Assembly: GCA_964429795.1 (NCBI GenBank)
Contig: CAYSCW010000004.1
Coordinates: forward strand, 35,939-99,938
Length of the DNA stretch: 64,000 bases
Direction: 5' to 3'
From: an uncultured Eubacteriales bacterium
Lineage (GTDB): Bacteria; Acidobacteriota; Aminicenantia; Aminicenantales; Aminicenantaceae
In this document: in pieces, positions 46,337-55,878 of the stretch
Layout of the letters: the number at the start of each line of letters is the position of its first letter
Numbering within the stretch: position 1 is the stretch's first letter
Notes under the pieces: generated by a model
The model's database searches: none
Told to the model about the DNA's origin: nothing
Seen by the model: the letters and a program-made list of their open reading frames with translations, nothing else
Made by a program: the position numbers and the translations under genes

Positions 46337-48244
46337 ATGACAATGACTAAAAGATCGCTAAAAAAAGATATTCTCTTATTCCCTCTTCTTATTTTCTTGC
46401 TCTGCTCCTCTTTTCTTTCTCCCCAAGAAAAAAAAGAGGAAAAAAAACAAAGAACAATCACAGAAGAAATCATCGTGGAAGCAGAACGCCCAAAAGATGT
46501 TCTTCTGGCCACAACCAGCTTAATCAAAAGAGAAAAAATCGATCTCATCATTCCAAGAGATCTCTCTGAAGTTCTCTCCTATGCCTCAGGAACATTTATC
46601 TCCTGCGGGACAAAAAATGAATTCCTGCTTAAAATCAGAGGGTTTGAAAACCAAGACATCGCTCTCCTCTATGATGGAATACCCATTTACGAGCCTTTCT
46701 TCAATTCCTTTGATCTCAAGACCATCACTGCCGAAGAAGTGGAGAGCATCAAAGTGGTCAAAGGAGCCTCCTCTGTTCTTTATGGACCCAACACCCTTGG
46801 CGGGATTGTCAACATCATCACCCGCAGACCTAGCCCTGCTTCATTCTCCTTGAAAACTTCCTATGACAGCAACAGCACATCTTATCTCTCCTCCACAGGA
46901 GCCTTGAGATGGAGAAATCTCTTTTTCACAGGCTTTGCCTCCTTGGAAAGATCAGACGGATTCCGATGGAAAAAAAACGGAGAAAATGTTTTCAGGGCTA
47001 ACAGCGATTATGAAAGAAAAAATTTCACCGGAAAAATATATTTTTATCCAACCGAAAAAAGTGAAATTCTCCTGGAAGCCGCCTATTATTCTTCAGCATA
47101 TGGAATTCCTTATGCGCTCGAATTCTACTTTCCCCGATATTGGAGATTTAAGAATTGGGATCGCTATCAGTTCCATCTTGGAGGAACCTTCTCTTTTCTC
47201 CGGGAAGGCCATCTAAAGCTCAGAAGCTACTATGTGAGGCACGAGAATGTCCTCGATTCCTATTCCAATGAAGACATGAAAGATCTCCAGTGGGAATCCA
47301 CATATGCAAACGACTCCTATGGAATTTTTATCCTCGGTTCTCTTCCTTATTCATCTCAAAACCAATGGAAGTGGAGCCTCAATTTCCGCAATGACAAGGC
47401 TCGAACTCAAGACGATATAGGAGAAGAATGGAACACATTCCAACATCAAACTTTCTCTTTCGGCGCAGAAAATCATCTCAGTCTGAATTCAAGGTGGAAG
47501 GCGATCACAGGAATGAGTCTCGACCATCTGAGAAAGCAATCGGGCGATAGCAAATGGACACTCAACCCGATTATAGGAGTAAAATTCCATCCCCACGACT
47601 ATATCGATTTCCATCTGAGTATTGCTCAAAAGTCTCGGTTTCCCTCCATGAAATCCCTCTACAGCTCCCAGGGAGGAAATCCCGAACTTAAAGACGAGAG
47701 AGGGACAAGCTATGAGTGGGGCTTTTCCTATAATAAAGACATTTCCTTACAAGGGGCTATATTCTTCAATCAGATAAAGGATCTCATCAGGGTCATCCGT
47801 CTCCCCAACGGGGATAAAATAAGCCTGAACATCGGAAAAATAGAAATATCGGGCTTTGAATTGGAATTCAAGAAAGCTTGGTCCAGAATGGATTTCTCTT
47901 TTAATTACACCTATCTGGATGGAAAAAACAAAGTCGATAATCTTCCTCTGGATTTGCTGTCCAAATCTCAGTTGAATTTTACAGCTACCTTGATGATCAT
48001 GAAGACTGTAAGATTGAGTCTATGGGGATTGGGTGTTTCCCGCTCTGAGGTAAATGCAGGAGCCGATTCGTTCAGGATTCCTGGCTATTTTATCCTTAAT
48101 GCCATCCTTTCCAAAAGCTTCTCACATTGGACCGTATTCCTCAAGGCCGAGAACCTGTTCAATAAATACTACATCACAGAACCCGGCTTTCCCATGAAAG
48201 CCAGAACCCTTATTATCGGGATAAAATTCCTCACAGAAAGATAA
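46337..48244 (+). CDS. TonB-dependent outer-membrane receptor
   Basis: Signal peptide; plug-domain motif VVKGASSVLYGPNTLGGIVNIITRR; long beta-barrel region rich in alternating aromatic residues; 635 aa. Confidence 0.7.
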   Translation: MTMTKRSLKKDILLFPLLIFLLCSSFLSPQEKKEEKKQRTITEEIIVEAERPKDVLLATTSLIKREKIDLIIPRDLSEVLSYASGTFISCGTKNEFLLKIRGFENQDIALLYDGIPIYEPFFNSFDLKTITAEEVESIKVVKGASSVLYGPNTLGGIVNIITRRPSPASFSLKTSYDSNSTSYLSSTGALRWRNLFFTGFASLERSDGFRWKKNGENVFRANSDYERKNFTGKIYFYPTEKSEILLEAAYYSSAYGIPYALEFYFPRYWRFKNWDRYQFHLGGTFSFLREGHLKLRSYYVRHENVLDSYSNEDMKDLQWESTYANDSYGIFILGSLPYSSQNQWKWSLNFRNDKARTQDDIGEEWNTFQHQTFSFGAENHLSLNSRWKAITGMSLDHLRKQSGDSKWTLNPIIGVKFHPHDYIDFHLSIAQKSRFPSMKSLYSSQGGNPELKDERGTSYEWGFSYNKDISLQGAIFFNQIKDLIRVIRLPNGDKISLNIGKIEISGFELEFKKAWSRMDFSFNYTYLDGKNKVDNLPLDLLSKSQLNFTATLMIMKTVRLSLWGLGVSRSEVNAGADSFRIPGYFILNAILSKSFSHWTVFLKAENLFNKYYITEPGFPMKARTLIIGIKFLTER

Positions 48245-48364
48245 ATCAGTATTTCCACGAGGAAGAATTCCCATTTCCATGATAGCTAATGATGAGGGAT
48301 ATAATCAGTCACAGCGCCGGGGTTCCCCTTCATCCTCGCCAAAAACCCTCCCACCCTTATCTAT

Positions 48365-48489
48365 GGGCTTCGGTTGGACAGAAACCGCCGCCTCTCCTAC
48401 TTTCCTCGCTGGGGAAAATCCGCGGGCTGACGATTCAGCTTGCCTGACTGTTCCCAAAATCATCACGGAAATGGAAATGCTATCCCACG
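48365..48489 (+). repeat. Mosaic leader repeat, copy C: M2(+), M1 with its inverted-repeat arm in inverted orientation, M3(+)
   Basis: M2 GGGCTTCGGTTGGACAGAAACCGCCGCC at 48365-48392. The reverse complement of M1 and of the IR arm lies at 48401-48451. M3 TCACGGAAATGGAAATGCTATCCCACG at 48463-48489 is 83 nt upstream of the 48572 start. Confidence 0.7.
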
Positions 48490-48571
48490 AAAAAAAGTTG
48501 CCAAAAGGAGAAGGGAGAATTATAATCCAGAAATAAAGATAATATTGAAACAAACCAAAAAGGAGGAAAGC

Positions 48572-49243
48572 ATGATGAGAAAAATTCCTAAATCTTATTT
48601 GGGTTTTGTCATCATCCTGGGAGCTGTTTGGGGCTTTTCCGAAGCTGCTCTGGGAATGTGGCTCCGAAGCTGTGCTTCCTTATACTCTGGTGCCATCATG
48701 ACAGGGGTAGCCTTGTTCTTTATGGCTTCCGGTTGGTACCTTACCAGGAACCTCCTCTGTATGGGATTCCTGATACTCATCACCAGCCTCTTCAAGATGT
48801 TCGACGCACTCCTCCTTTCGCTCCCCATCCAGCACGGAGCCATAGGAAATCCCATTTTTGCCTTTTTCACAGAAGGAATCGCCTTCCTGATCTTGATCGC
48901 TGTTTTCAACCAAAAACTGAAACAGAAAAGCGGAGGCCAAGCCTTAATGGGGGGAATGACTGCCATCCTGGCCGTGAATCTTTTCCCTTTGGTGAAGTAT
49001 GTCACGGGAGTACCAGCCTGTGTTGTCCCTGGAACAGGATATCCCCTCTCCCTTTACTATGCCCCATTAGCTGTTTTTCTATCTTTCCTGACTGTTCCTT
49101 TGGGTGCATGGGTCGGAGTGAAAAGCCAATCTCTTGAAACTATACTCCAATCATCTCGAATAGCAAGAAAGCTGAGTTTTATTTTTTCTCCCGGAACCTT
49201 GCTCTTGTGTTTGGCCCTCACAGCTCTCATCAGGCTGGGCTAA
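48572..49243 (+). CDS. Hypothetical polytopic membrane protein
   Basis: About 224 aa with 5-6 TM segments. AGGAGG RBS 5 nt upstream of the ATG at 48572. The longer listed ORF (from 48440) runs through the repeat element and is unlikely to be real. Confidence 0.4.
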   Translation: MMRKIPKSYLGFVIILGAVWGFSEAALGMWLRSCASLYSGAIMTGVALFFMASGWYLTRNLLCMGFLILITSLFKMFDALLLSLPIQHGAIGNPIFAFFTEGIAFLILIAVFNQKLKQKSGGQALMGGMTAILAVNLFPLVKYVTGVPACVVPGTGYPLSLYYAPLAVFLSFLTVPLGAWVGVKSQSLETILQSSRIARKLSFIFSPGTLLLCLALTALIRLG

Positions 49244-49273
49244 GGGGAAAAATCCCTGGAGAGAGGTGTAAAA

Positions 49274-49903
49274 ATGGAAGAAGGAAGAAAGAAAAGGGGG
49301 AAAGCAATAACCAGAAGGGACTTCATAAAAGGATTTAGCGGCGGTGCTATAGGAGCAGCTGTGGCCCCTCGACTTCTCGCCCAGGAGGCTGAATCCCTTC
49401 AACCGGAAGCAGGGAAAGTTCCTCTTTATTCCAAGAAACCCATCACTCTTACAGTCAATGAAAAGAAATACTCAGTTGTGGTTGAGCCAAGGGAAACCCT
49501 TCTCCATCTCTTGAGAGAAAGACTGAACCTGACAGGGACAAAAATGACCTGCGACCGTGGTGAATGCGGAGGATGCACGGTCATCCTGGATGGAGTTACA
49601 GTCTATTCATGCATGTATCCTGCCATCAGGGCGGACGGCAAAAAAATCACTACAGTGGAAGGATTAGCCGTCGATGAGAACCTTCATCCTGTTCAAAAGG
49701 CCTTCATCGAAAAAGACGGTTACCAATGCGGCTTCTGTACGCCGGGATTCATCATGTCCTCTGTCGTTTTCCTCGAGAAAAACAATAACCCAAAAAGAGA
49801 AGAGATCAAGGCAGCTCTTTCAGGAAACATCTGCCGATGCGGTAACTATTTCAAGATTTATGAGGCCGTTGAAGCGGCAGCAAAAAACATGAGGAGGCCT
49901 TGA
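49274..49903 (+). CDS. 2x[2Fe-2S] small subunit of a xanthine-oxidase-family molybdoenzyme, Tat-exported
   Basis: Twin-arginine motif ITRRDFIKG plus a hydrophobic region; FeS motifs CDRGECGGCTV and CGFCTPG...CRCGNY. Confidence 0.8.
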   Translation: MEEGRKKRGKAITRRDFIKGFSGGAIGAAVAPRLLAQEAESLQPEAGKVPLYSKKPITLTVNEKKYSVVVEPRETLLHLLRERLNLTGTKMTCDRGECGGCTVILDGVTVYSCMYPAIRADGKKITTVEGLAVDENLHPVQKAFIEKDGYQCGFCTPGFIMSSVVFLEKNNNPKREEIKAALSGNICRCGNYFKIYEAVEAAAKNMRRP

Positions 49904-49904
49904 A

Positions 49905-52163
49905 ATGAAGAAAAAGGAATATTTATCAGAGCCAGAAGACTCTACCCTCCTCTATTATGAAGAGTTCAGAGACAAGGAAACAGAGGAACCCGAACAAATT
50001 CCTTCTCCTGAAAAAGAGAAATTCAAAATCATCGGCGCCTACACGCCAAGGATTGACGGGGAGAAAATAGTCACCGGCCAAGCGCCTTACACCCATGACA
50101 TTAAACTCAGAGGATTGCTCTATGGCAAGATTCTGAGATGCCCTCATGCTTGCGCAGAAATTGTTTCTGTGGACTTAAGCAAAGCTAAAAACCTGCCTGG
50201 AGTGAAGGCAGCCATTCAACTCAAAGAAGGACGAGTCAAATATGCCGGTGAACAGGTGGCTGCTGTGGCAGCTGTAGAGGAAAAAACAGCAGAGGAAGCT
50301 CTAGAATTGATCGAGGTGGTCTACAAAACCCTCCCTTTTGTGGTCACTGAAGAAAAAGCTATGGAGGAAGGCGCTCCACAGGTCCATGATGAACCCAACA
50401 TCCAAAAATTTAACGACTACTCCCGAGGAGACATCGAAAAGGGATTCAAGGAAGCCGATGTTGTCCTGGAGAGAACGTATAAAACAGCCGTGGAAATCCA
50501 TCATCCTGCAGAGACTCATGGCAGTGTGGCCAAATGGGCAGGGGATAGATTGACAGTGTGGGATTCCACTCAAGCCATCTTTGGCGTCAGGGATACTCTG
50601 GCCCGTGTCTTGGGAATTCCGGCAAGTCGAATCACAGTCATTAAGAAATATATGGGTGGAGGATTCGGAAGCAAATTGGGGTTGAATGATTACACTGTTG
50701 TTGCCGCCTTGCTGGCTAAAGAAGCCAAAAAACCGATAAAGATCATTCTTTCCCGTAAAGAAAATTCGCTCTGTGTGGGCAACCGCCCTTCCAGCCTCCA
50801 AACCATCAAAGGCGGAGTTAAAAAGGATGGCACTCTGACCGCCCTTTATCTGAAAAATTACACATCCGGCGGAATTCAAAGAGGCGACAGATGCTCAGAA
50901 CCTATCATCGATGTTTACAGATGCCCTCATTTAAAAGTGGAAGAATACAGTGTTTTCACCAATACGGGTGCGTCGCGACCAACCAGAGCTCCCGGGCATG
51001 TCCAGGGAACTTTTGCGCTGGAAGGCTTCCTGGAAGAGCTGGCCAATGAAATTGGTATAGATCCCTTAGAACTGAGGCAGAAAAATTACTCGACAAAAAA
51101 CGAAGGAGACACGGGTATACCTTATTCTTCTAAAGGACTGGATCAATGCTACAAGATCGGCGCAAAGAAGATCGGCTGGCAAAGAAGGAATAAGAACCCT
51201 GGAGATGGAAACGGTAAGATTCGTCGCGGTTTAGGAATGGCCAGCCAGATATGGTGGGGCGTGGGCCGGCCAGAGACGCTGGCCGATATTAAACTCCACC
51301 AGGACGGAAGTGTCGAGGTTATCTGCGGAACCCAGGACATCGGTTGTGGAACCAGAACCTATATGGCAACTATCACAGCAGAAACTCTCGGCCTTTTGCC
51401 AAAAGATGTGACGGTAAAAATCGGAAACACTATGTATCCCTGGTGCGGTTCATCGGGAGGAAGCACGACCACGCCATCAGTCGCTCCCGCTGTAAGGGAC
51501 GCCGCTCTTAAAGCAGCTGATTATCTTAGAAAGCTTGCTGCCAGTAAACTTGAAATCAGCGCAGATACTGTCGTCATCGCCGATGGGAAATTTTTCAGCA
51601 AGGGCGACCCTCCAAAATCCATCGCCTTTAAGGAGCTTCTCAGCGAGCTACGCCGCGAAAAAGTCTTTCATGGAGAGTATACAGGCCGGCCTTCAGGCTA
51701 TGCATACAACACTTTCGGAGCCCATTTTGCCGAAGTCGAAGTGGACACAGAGACAGGTCAAATCAAGGTCCTCAAGGTAGCTGCGGTCCACGAAATCGGA
51801 AGAGTCATGAACAGACAGACAGCAGAAAGTCAAGTTATAGGCGGTATCACACAGGGAGTGAGCACAGCCCTTTTCGAGCAGAGGATCATGGATAACACCA
51901 CAGGAAATCTGGCGAATCCCAACTTGCGGGATTACAAACTTGCAACCTCCATGGATATCCCTGAGGTAGAGATCGATTTTGTGGATATGGTCGACCCCAG
52001 GATCAACAATCTAGGAACCAAAGGGCTTGGAGAACCCCCTCGGATTCCAAGCTCAGCAGCTGTGGCCAATGCCGTCTATAACGCTCTAGGAGTGCATGTG
52101 CAAGAATTACCAATGACTCCAGACAAAGTCCTTCAAGCCCTGAGAAGAAAGGAGGTCGGCTGA
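49905..52163 (+). CDS. Molybdopterin-binding large subunit (CoxL/PaoC/HcrA-like)
   Basis: 752 aa; GGGFGSK Moco signature; its start lies 2 nt after the small-subunit stop. Confidence 0.85.
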   Translation: MKKKEYLSEPEDSTLLYYEEFRDKETEEPEQIPSPEKEKFKIIGAYTPRIDGEKIVTGQAPYTHDIKLRGLLYGKILRCPHACAEIVSVDLSKAKNLPGVKAAIQLKEGRVKYAGEQVAAVAAVEEKTAEEALELIEVVYKTLPFVVTEEKAMEEGAPQVHDEPNIQKFNDYSRGDIEKGFKEADVVLERTYKTAVEIHHPAETHGSVAKWAGDRLTVWDSTQAIFGVRDTLARVLGIPASRITVIKKYMGGGFGSKLGLNDYTVVAALLAKEAKKPIKIILSRKENSLCVGNRPSSLQTIKGGVKKDGTLTALYLKNYTSGGIQRGDRCSEPIIDVYRCPHLKVEEYSVFTNTGASRPTRAPGHVQGTFALEGFLEELANEIGIDPLELRQKNYSTKNEGDTGIPYSSKGLDQCYKIGAKKIGWQRRNKNPGDGNGKIRRGLGMASQIWWGVGRPETLADIKLHQDGSVEVICGTQDIGCGTRTYMATITAETLGLLPKDVTVKIGNTMYPWCGSSGGSTTTPSVAPAVRDAALKAADYLRKLAASKLEISADTVVIADGKFFSKGDPPKSIAFKELLSELRREKVFHGEYTGRPSGYAYNTFGAHFAEVEVDTETGQIKVLKVAAVHEIGRVMNRQTAESQVIGGITQGVSTALFEQRIMDNTTGNLANPNLRDYKLATSMDIPEVEIDFVDMVDPRINNLGTKGLGEPPRIPSSAAVANAVYNALGVHVQELPMTPDKVLQALRRKEVG

Positions 52164-53137
52164 TGAAAAATTTTATGATCGCCCAACCTCAATCAATCGA
52201 AGAGGCCGTTTCTTTGTTATCGGCAAAAAAAGAGAGCTATTACTTGATGGCTGGAGGAACAGATCTCATTGGAGAAATCAAGGATAATATAGTGGAACCA
52301 GATGTTGTTGTTGACCTAAGCTCTCTTCCCAATCTGTCCTCCATCAAAAAAGAGAAAAATGGAGTGAGGATCGGAGCCTTGACCACAGTGGCCGAACTGG
52401 CTGAAGACCGGATGATCAAGGAGGAATATCCAGGCCTTCATCAAGCCGCCAATTCTCTGGCCTCACCGCAGTTACGTAACGTTGGCACAGTGGGTGGCAA
52501 CCTCTGTCAGAGACCCCGCTGCTGGTATTACCGTGACTCTGAAGTCAAGTGTCGCAAAAAGGGGGGAAGCCGGTGTTACGCATACAGAGGAAGGAACAGA
52601 TATCATGCCATTTTAGGTGGAGGGCTCTGTTATATTGTCCATCCCTCTGACTTGGCTCCTATGCTTATCGCCCTGGAGGCAGAAATATCTATACATTCGG
52701 ATAAAGGAGAAAAAATTGTCCCGCTTGAGGATTTCTTCGTTCTTCCCAAGACAAACGTCCATAAAGAAAATGTTCTGGAGCCTGGAGAAATCCTCACGGA
52801 AGTAAGAATACCGGCATCTCAAACAGGAGATAAAAGCACCTACCTGAAGCTCAAGGAGAGAGGGACATGGGACTTCGCCGTGGTTTCTGCTGCGGTCAAA
52901 GGGACTCTATCAAAAGGTGCTTTTCAAAATATCAAGATTGTCCTGGGAGGAGTGGCTCCTGTCCCTTGGAGGATGAAGAAAGCCGAAGATATGATCAAGG
53001 GGAAAAAAGCAGCGGAAGATCTTCTCAGGGAAGCGGCAAGGGAAGAATTGAAAGAGGCTAACCCATTAGAGGAAAACGGATACAAGAAGGATCTTGTGGA
53101 AACTGTTCTCTACAGAGCTGTCCTTTCTTTGATGTAG
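52163..53137 (+). CDS. FAD-binding medium subunit carrying a Cys-rich insert (PaoB/HcrB-like, putative [4Fe-4S])
   Basis: LMAGGTDLIGEIKD FAD motif. The insert NLCQRPRCWYYRDSEVKCRKKGGSRCYA has C-x4-C-x9-C-x7-C spacing, which is absent from CoxM-type subunits. Its start overlaps the large-subunit stop. Confidence 0.75.
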   Translation: MKNFMIAQPQSIEEAVSLLSAKKESYYLMAGGTDLIGEIKDNIVEPDVVVDLSSLPNLSSIKKEKNGVRIGALTTVAELAEDRMIKEEYPGLHQAANSLASPQLRNVGTVGGNLCQRPRCWYYRDSEVKCRKKGGSRCYAYRGRNRYHAILGGGLCYIVHPSDLAPMLIALEAEISIHSDKGEKIVPLEDFFVLPKTNVHKENVLEPGEILTEVRIPASQTGDKSTYLKLKERGTWDFAVVSAAVKGTLSKGAFQNIKIVLGGVAPVPWRMKKAEDMIKGKKAAEDLLREAAREELKEANPLEENGYKKDLVETVLYRAVLSLM

Positions 53138-53212
53138 ATCTTCCTTCCAAAAATCTTTTGCGTTCGGAACAAACTGCAGATCGAGTACCGAAAAAAATTT
53201 AAGGGAAACAAC

Positions 53213-53695
53213 ATGAAAGAAAACATCCAATTTAAACTCAATGGCAAATCCGTTCGCTTGAGTATGGACGGGGAGCGCATGCTTTTATGGATTCTGCGCA
53301 CAGATTTTGGCCTGACAGGAGCTAAATACGGGTGCGGAGAGGGCTTTTGTGGAGCCTGCACCGTGCTTGTTAACAGGGAAGCCGTACGATCATGCCAGTT
53401 GCCTGTAAAGGATGTCAAAGGAAAAGAAGTGATGACTATCGAGGGCCTGTCTAAAAACGGGGAGCTTCATCCCCTGCAGAAAGCATTCATAAAACATGAT
53501 GCACTTCAGTGCGGTTTTTGTACTCCTGGGATGATCCTGAATGCCTACAGCATGATCCTCAAAAATCCCCAATCCTCTCCAGATGAGATTATTCAGGGGA
53601 TGGATGGAAATCTCTGTCGCTGCGGGTCTCATATCAGAATTGTCCAGGCTATCCAGACCGCAGCTAAAGAGATGAAAGGGATGAAAAAAAGATGA
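53213..53695 (+). CDS. 2x[2Fe-2S] small subunit of an IorAB-type two-subunit molybdenum hydroxylase
   Basis: 160 aa; CGEGFCGACTV and CGFCTPGMI...CRCGSH motifs; no signal peptide; overlaps the downstream large-subunit gene by 4 nt. Confidence 0.8.
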   Translation: MKENIQFKLNGKSVRLSMDGERMLLWILRTDFGLTGAKYGCGEGFCGACTVLVNREAVRSCQLPVKDVKGKEVMTIEGLSKNGELHPLQKAFIKHDALQCGFCTPGMILNAYSMILKNPQSSPDEIIQGMDGNLCRCGSHIRIVQAIQTAAKEMKGMKKR

Positions 53696-55848
53696 AAAAA
53701 GAAGACAATCCAGACCTAGATTTCAAAGATATCATGGTTCCCCCTTCTCTGAGTCGGCGAGAATTCCTCAAACTAGCAGGCGGAGGGATTTTCATCCTTT
53801 TTTCTGTGGGAGATTCTTGGCCTTTCCAGGAACAAAGAGGGCAAGCAAGATCTCGTTTTAACTATCCTGAAGATTTTAATGCCTACCTCAGAATCGGTGA
53901 AGACGGAAGGATCAGCTGTTTTACAGGGAAAATCGAGATGGGCCAGGGAGTGATTACTTCTCTGGCTCAGACATTAGCCGAGGAACTCGATGTTCGCTTG
54001 AATACAGTGGATATGGTTATGGGCGATACAGACCTCTGCCCCTGGGATATGGGAACTTTTGGGTCCATGACCACCCGCTTCTTCGGGCCTGCTCTCAGGG
54101 ATGCAGCAGCAGAAGCCAGGGCCGTCTTAGTGGAGTTAGCCGCCGAACATCTTGATGTACCTGTAAGCCAACTGGCAACAAAAGAGGGAATCATATTCGA
54201 TAAAAGACAGAAGAAAAATCAGGTCTCCTATGCCCAACTGGCCAAAGGGAAAAAAATCGCAAGACATCTCAAAACAAAACCTTCTCTCAAAAGCCCCGCG
54301 GAATTTTCTGTCATGGGCAAGCCTGCTTCACGAATAGACAGCTTGGAGAAGGTTACTGGCAAGGCTCAGTTTGCGGGAGATATTCGACTGCCCGACATGC
54401 TTTATGCGAGAATCTTGAGGCCTCCTGCCCATGGAGCAAAACTCAATAGTGTGGACACCTCAGTTGCCAAAAAAATGAGCGGCGTACATGTTGTTCAGGA
54501 TGGCGACCTGATCGCAGTCCTTCACAAGGATCCAGATGAGGCAGAAAAAGCCTTAGCCAAGATAAAGGCCCGGTTTGAGCCTCAGGAAGCGAAAGTAGAC
54601 GACAAGACCATATTTGATCATCTGCTCAATGTCGCTCCAGAAGGGGAAATCGTCGCCCAGGGAGGAGACATCAAATCAGGAGAAAAACTGGCTTCCACAA
54701 TTTTTGAGGAAACCTATTTAAATAGCTATGTGGCTCACGCTCCCATAGAAACACACACAGCTGTGACTCAAGTCGAAGGAAACAAGGTCTCAGTATGGGC
54801 ATCCACACAAACTCCTTTCAGCGCTAAAGAAGAGATATCTGAAGCCCTGGGTTTTCCTCCCGAAAACGTCCGTATCATTACCCCATTTGTAGGAGGAGGA
54901 TTCGGAGGAAAAACTCGAAACCAACAAGCTACAGAAGCCGCTCGGCTGGCAAAGCTGATCGGGAAACCTGTTCAGGTTGCCTGGACCCGTAAAGAAGAAT
55001 TCTTCTATGATACCTTCCGTCCTGCGGCTGTGGTCAAGATAAGATCGGGAATCACCCCCGAGGCTGAAATCATCTTCTGGGATTACACTGTCTATTTTGC
55101 GGGCGAAAGAGGCGCTCCGCAGTTTTATGATATACCTCATCACCGCACAGCCTCCACAGGAGGAGGCTGGCGTGGCACTCCCGGTTCCCATCCCTTCAGC
55201 ACAGGAGCCTGGAGAGCTCCTTCCAACAACACAAACACCTTTGCCAGAGAGTCTCATATCGATATCATGGGCTGCAAGGCAGGTGTCGATCCTCTGGAAT
55301 TTAGGCTAAAAAATTTGAAGGATAAAAGGATGCGCGGGGTTCTCAAGGCTGCAGCAGAGAAATTCGGCTGGACCCCGATAAAATCCCCCAGTGGGCGCGG
55401 CTGCGGGATCTCCTGTGGTATCGATGCAGGAACTTATGTTGCTGCCATGGCTGAGGTGGAAGTGGATAAGAAAAGAGGCCATGTGCAGGTTAAGAGAGTG
55501 GTGTGTGCTCAAGATATGGGCCTGGTGGTAAATCCCGAAGGGGCAAGAATGCAGATGGAAGGATGCATCACCATGGGATTGGGCTACGTCCTAGCTGAGG
55601 AGATTCACTTCAGAGGCGGAGAGATTTTCGACCTCAATTTCGATACCTACGAAATACCTCGTTTTTCATGGCTACCCAAAATCGAGACCGTGCTGATGGA
55701 GACAGGAGATTCCACTCCCCAGGGAGGCGGGGAACCAGCCATCATAAACATGGGTGGCGTGGTGGCTAACGCTATCTTTGATGCAGTAGGCGCCAGACTC
55801 TTCCAACTCCCTATGAATGCAAAACGAATAAAGGAAGCGTTACAGTAA
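53692..55848 (+). CDS. Molybdopterin large subunit of the IorB / membrane-bound aldehyde-dehydrogenase type, with a Tat signal
   Basis: 718 aa; Tat-like N-terminus SRREFLKLAGGGIF; GGGFGGK Moco motif. No FAD subunit is encoded with it. Confidence 0.8.
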   Translation: MKKEDNPDLDFKDIMVPPSLSRREFLKLAGGGIFILFSVGDSWPFQEQRGQARSRFNYPEDFNAYLRIGEDGRISCFTGKIEMGQGVITSLAQTLAEELDVRLNTVDMVMGDTDLCPWDMGTFGSMTTRFFGPALRDAAAEARAVLVELAAEHLDVPVSQLATKEGIIFDKRQKKNQVSYAQLAKGKKIARHLKTKPSLKSPAEFSVMGKPASRIDSLEKVTGKAQFAGDIRLPDMLYARILRPPAHGAKLNSVDTSVAKKMSGVHVVQDGDLIAVLHKDPDEAEKALAKIKARFEPQEAKVDDKTIFDHLLNVAPEGEIVAQGGDIKSGEKLASTIFEETYLNSYVAHAPIETHTAVTQVEGNKVSVWASTQTPFSAKEEISEALGFPPENVRIITPFVGGGFGGKTRNQQATEAARLAKLIGKPVQVAWTRKEEFFYDTFRPAAVVKIRSGITPEAEIIFWDYTVYFAGERGAPQFYDIPHHRTASTGGGWRGTPGSHPFSTGAWRAPSNNTNTFARESHIDIMGCKAGVDPLEFRLKNLKDKRMRGVLKAAAEKFGWTPIKSPSGRGCGISCGIDAGTYVAAMAEVEVDKKRGHVQVKRVVCAQDMGLVVNPEGARMQMEGCITMGLGYVLAEEIHFRGGEIFDLNFDTYEIPRFSWLPKIETVLMETGDSTPQGGGEPAIINMGGVVANAIFDAVGARLFQLPMNAKRIKEALQ

Positions 55849-55878
55849 AGAAAATAAACTCACAGGATATAATCTGAT

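Noticed and set aside
48463-48489. Sigma-54 promoter reading of M3 (GG-N10-GC spacing)
   Set aside because: The spacing fits, but the near-invariant -24 GG and -12 GC dinucleotides are replaced by AG, GA or GT in several copies. The flanking TGGCAC and TTGCW context is absent, and no sigma-54 activator (EBP) gene is seen in the window.
48279-48536. 85-aa plus-strand ORF between the TonB receptor and the membrane-protein gene
   Set aside because: Its sequence is the mosaic repeat element (copy C: M2, inverted M1, M3). Its amino-acid sequence is an artefact of translating the repeat. Only its last 21 codons coincide with the M3-associated uORF.
50301-50879. 192-aa minus-strand ORF inside the molybdopterin large-subunit gene
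   Set aside because: Antisense to a strongly supported CDS, with no RBS or motifs.
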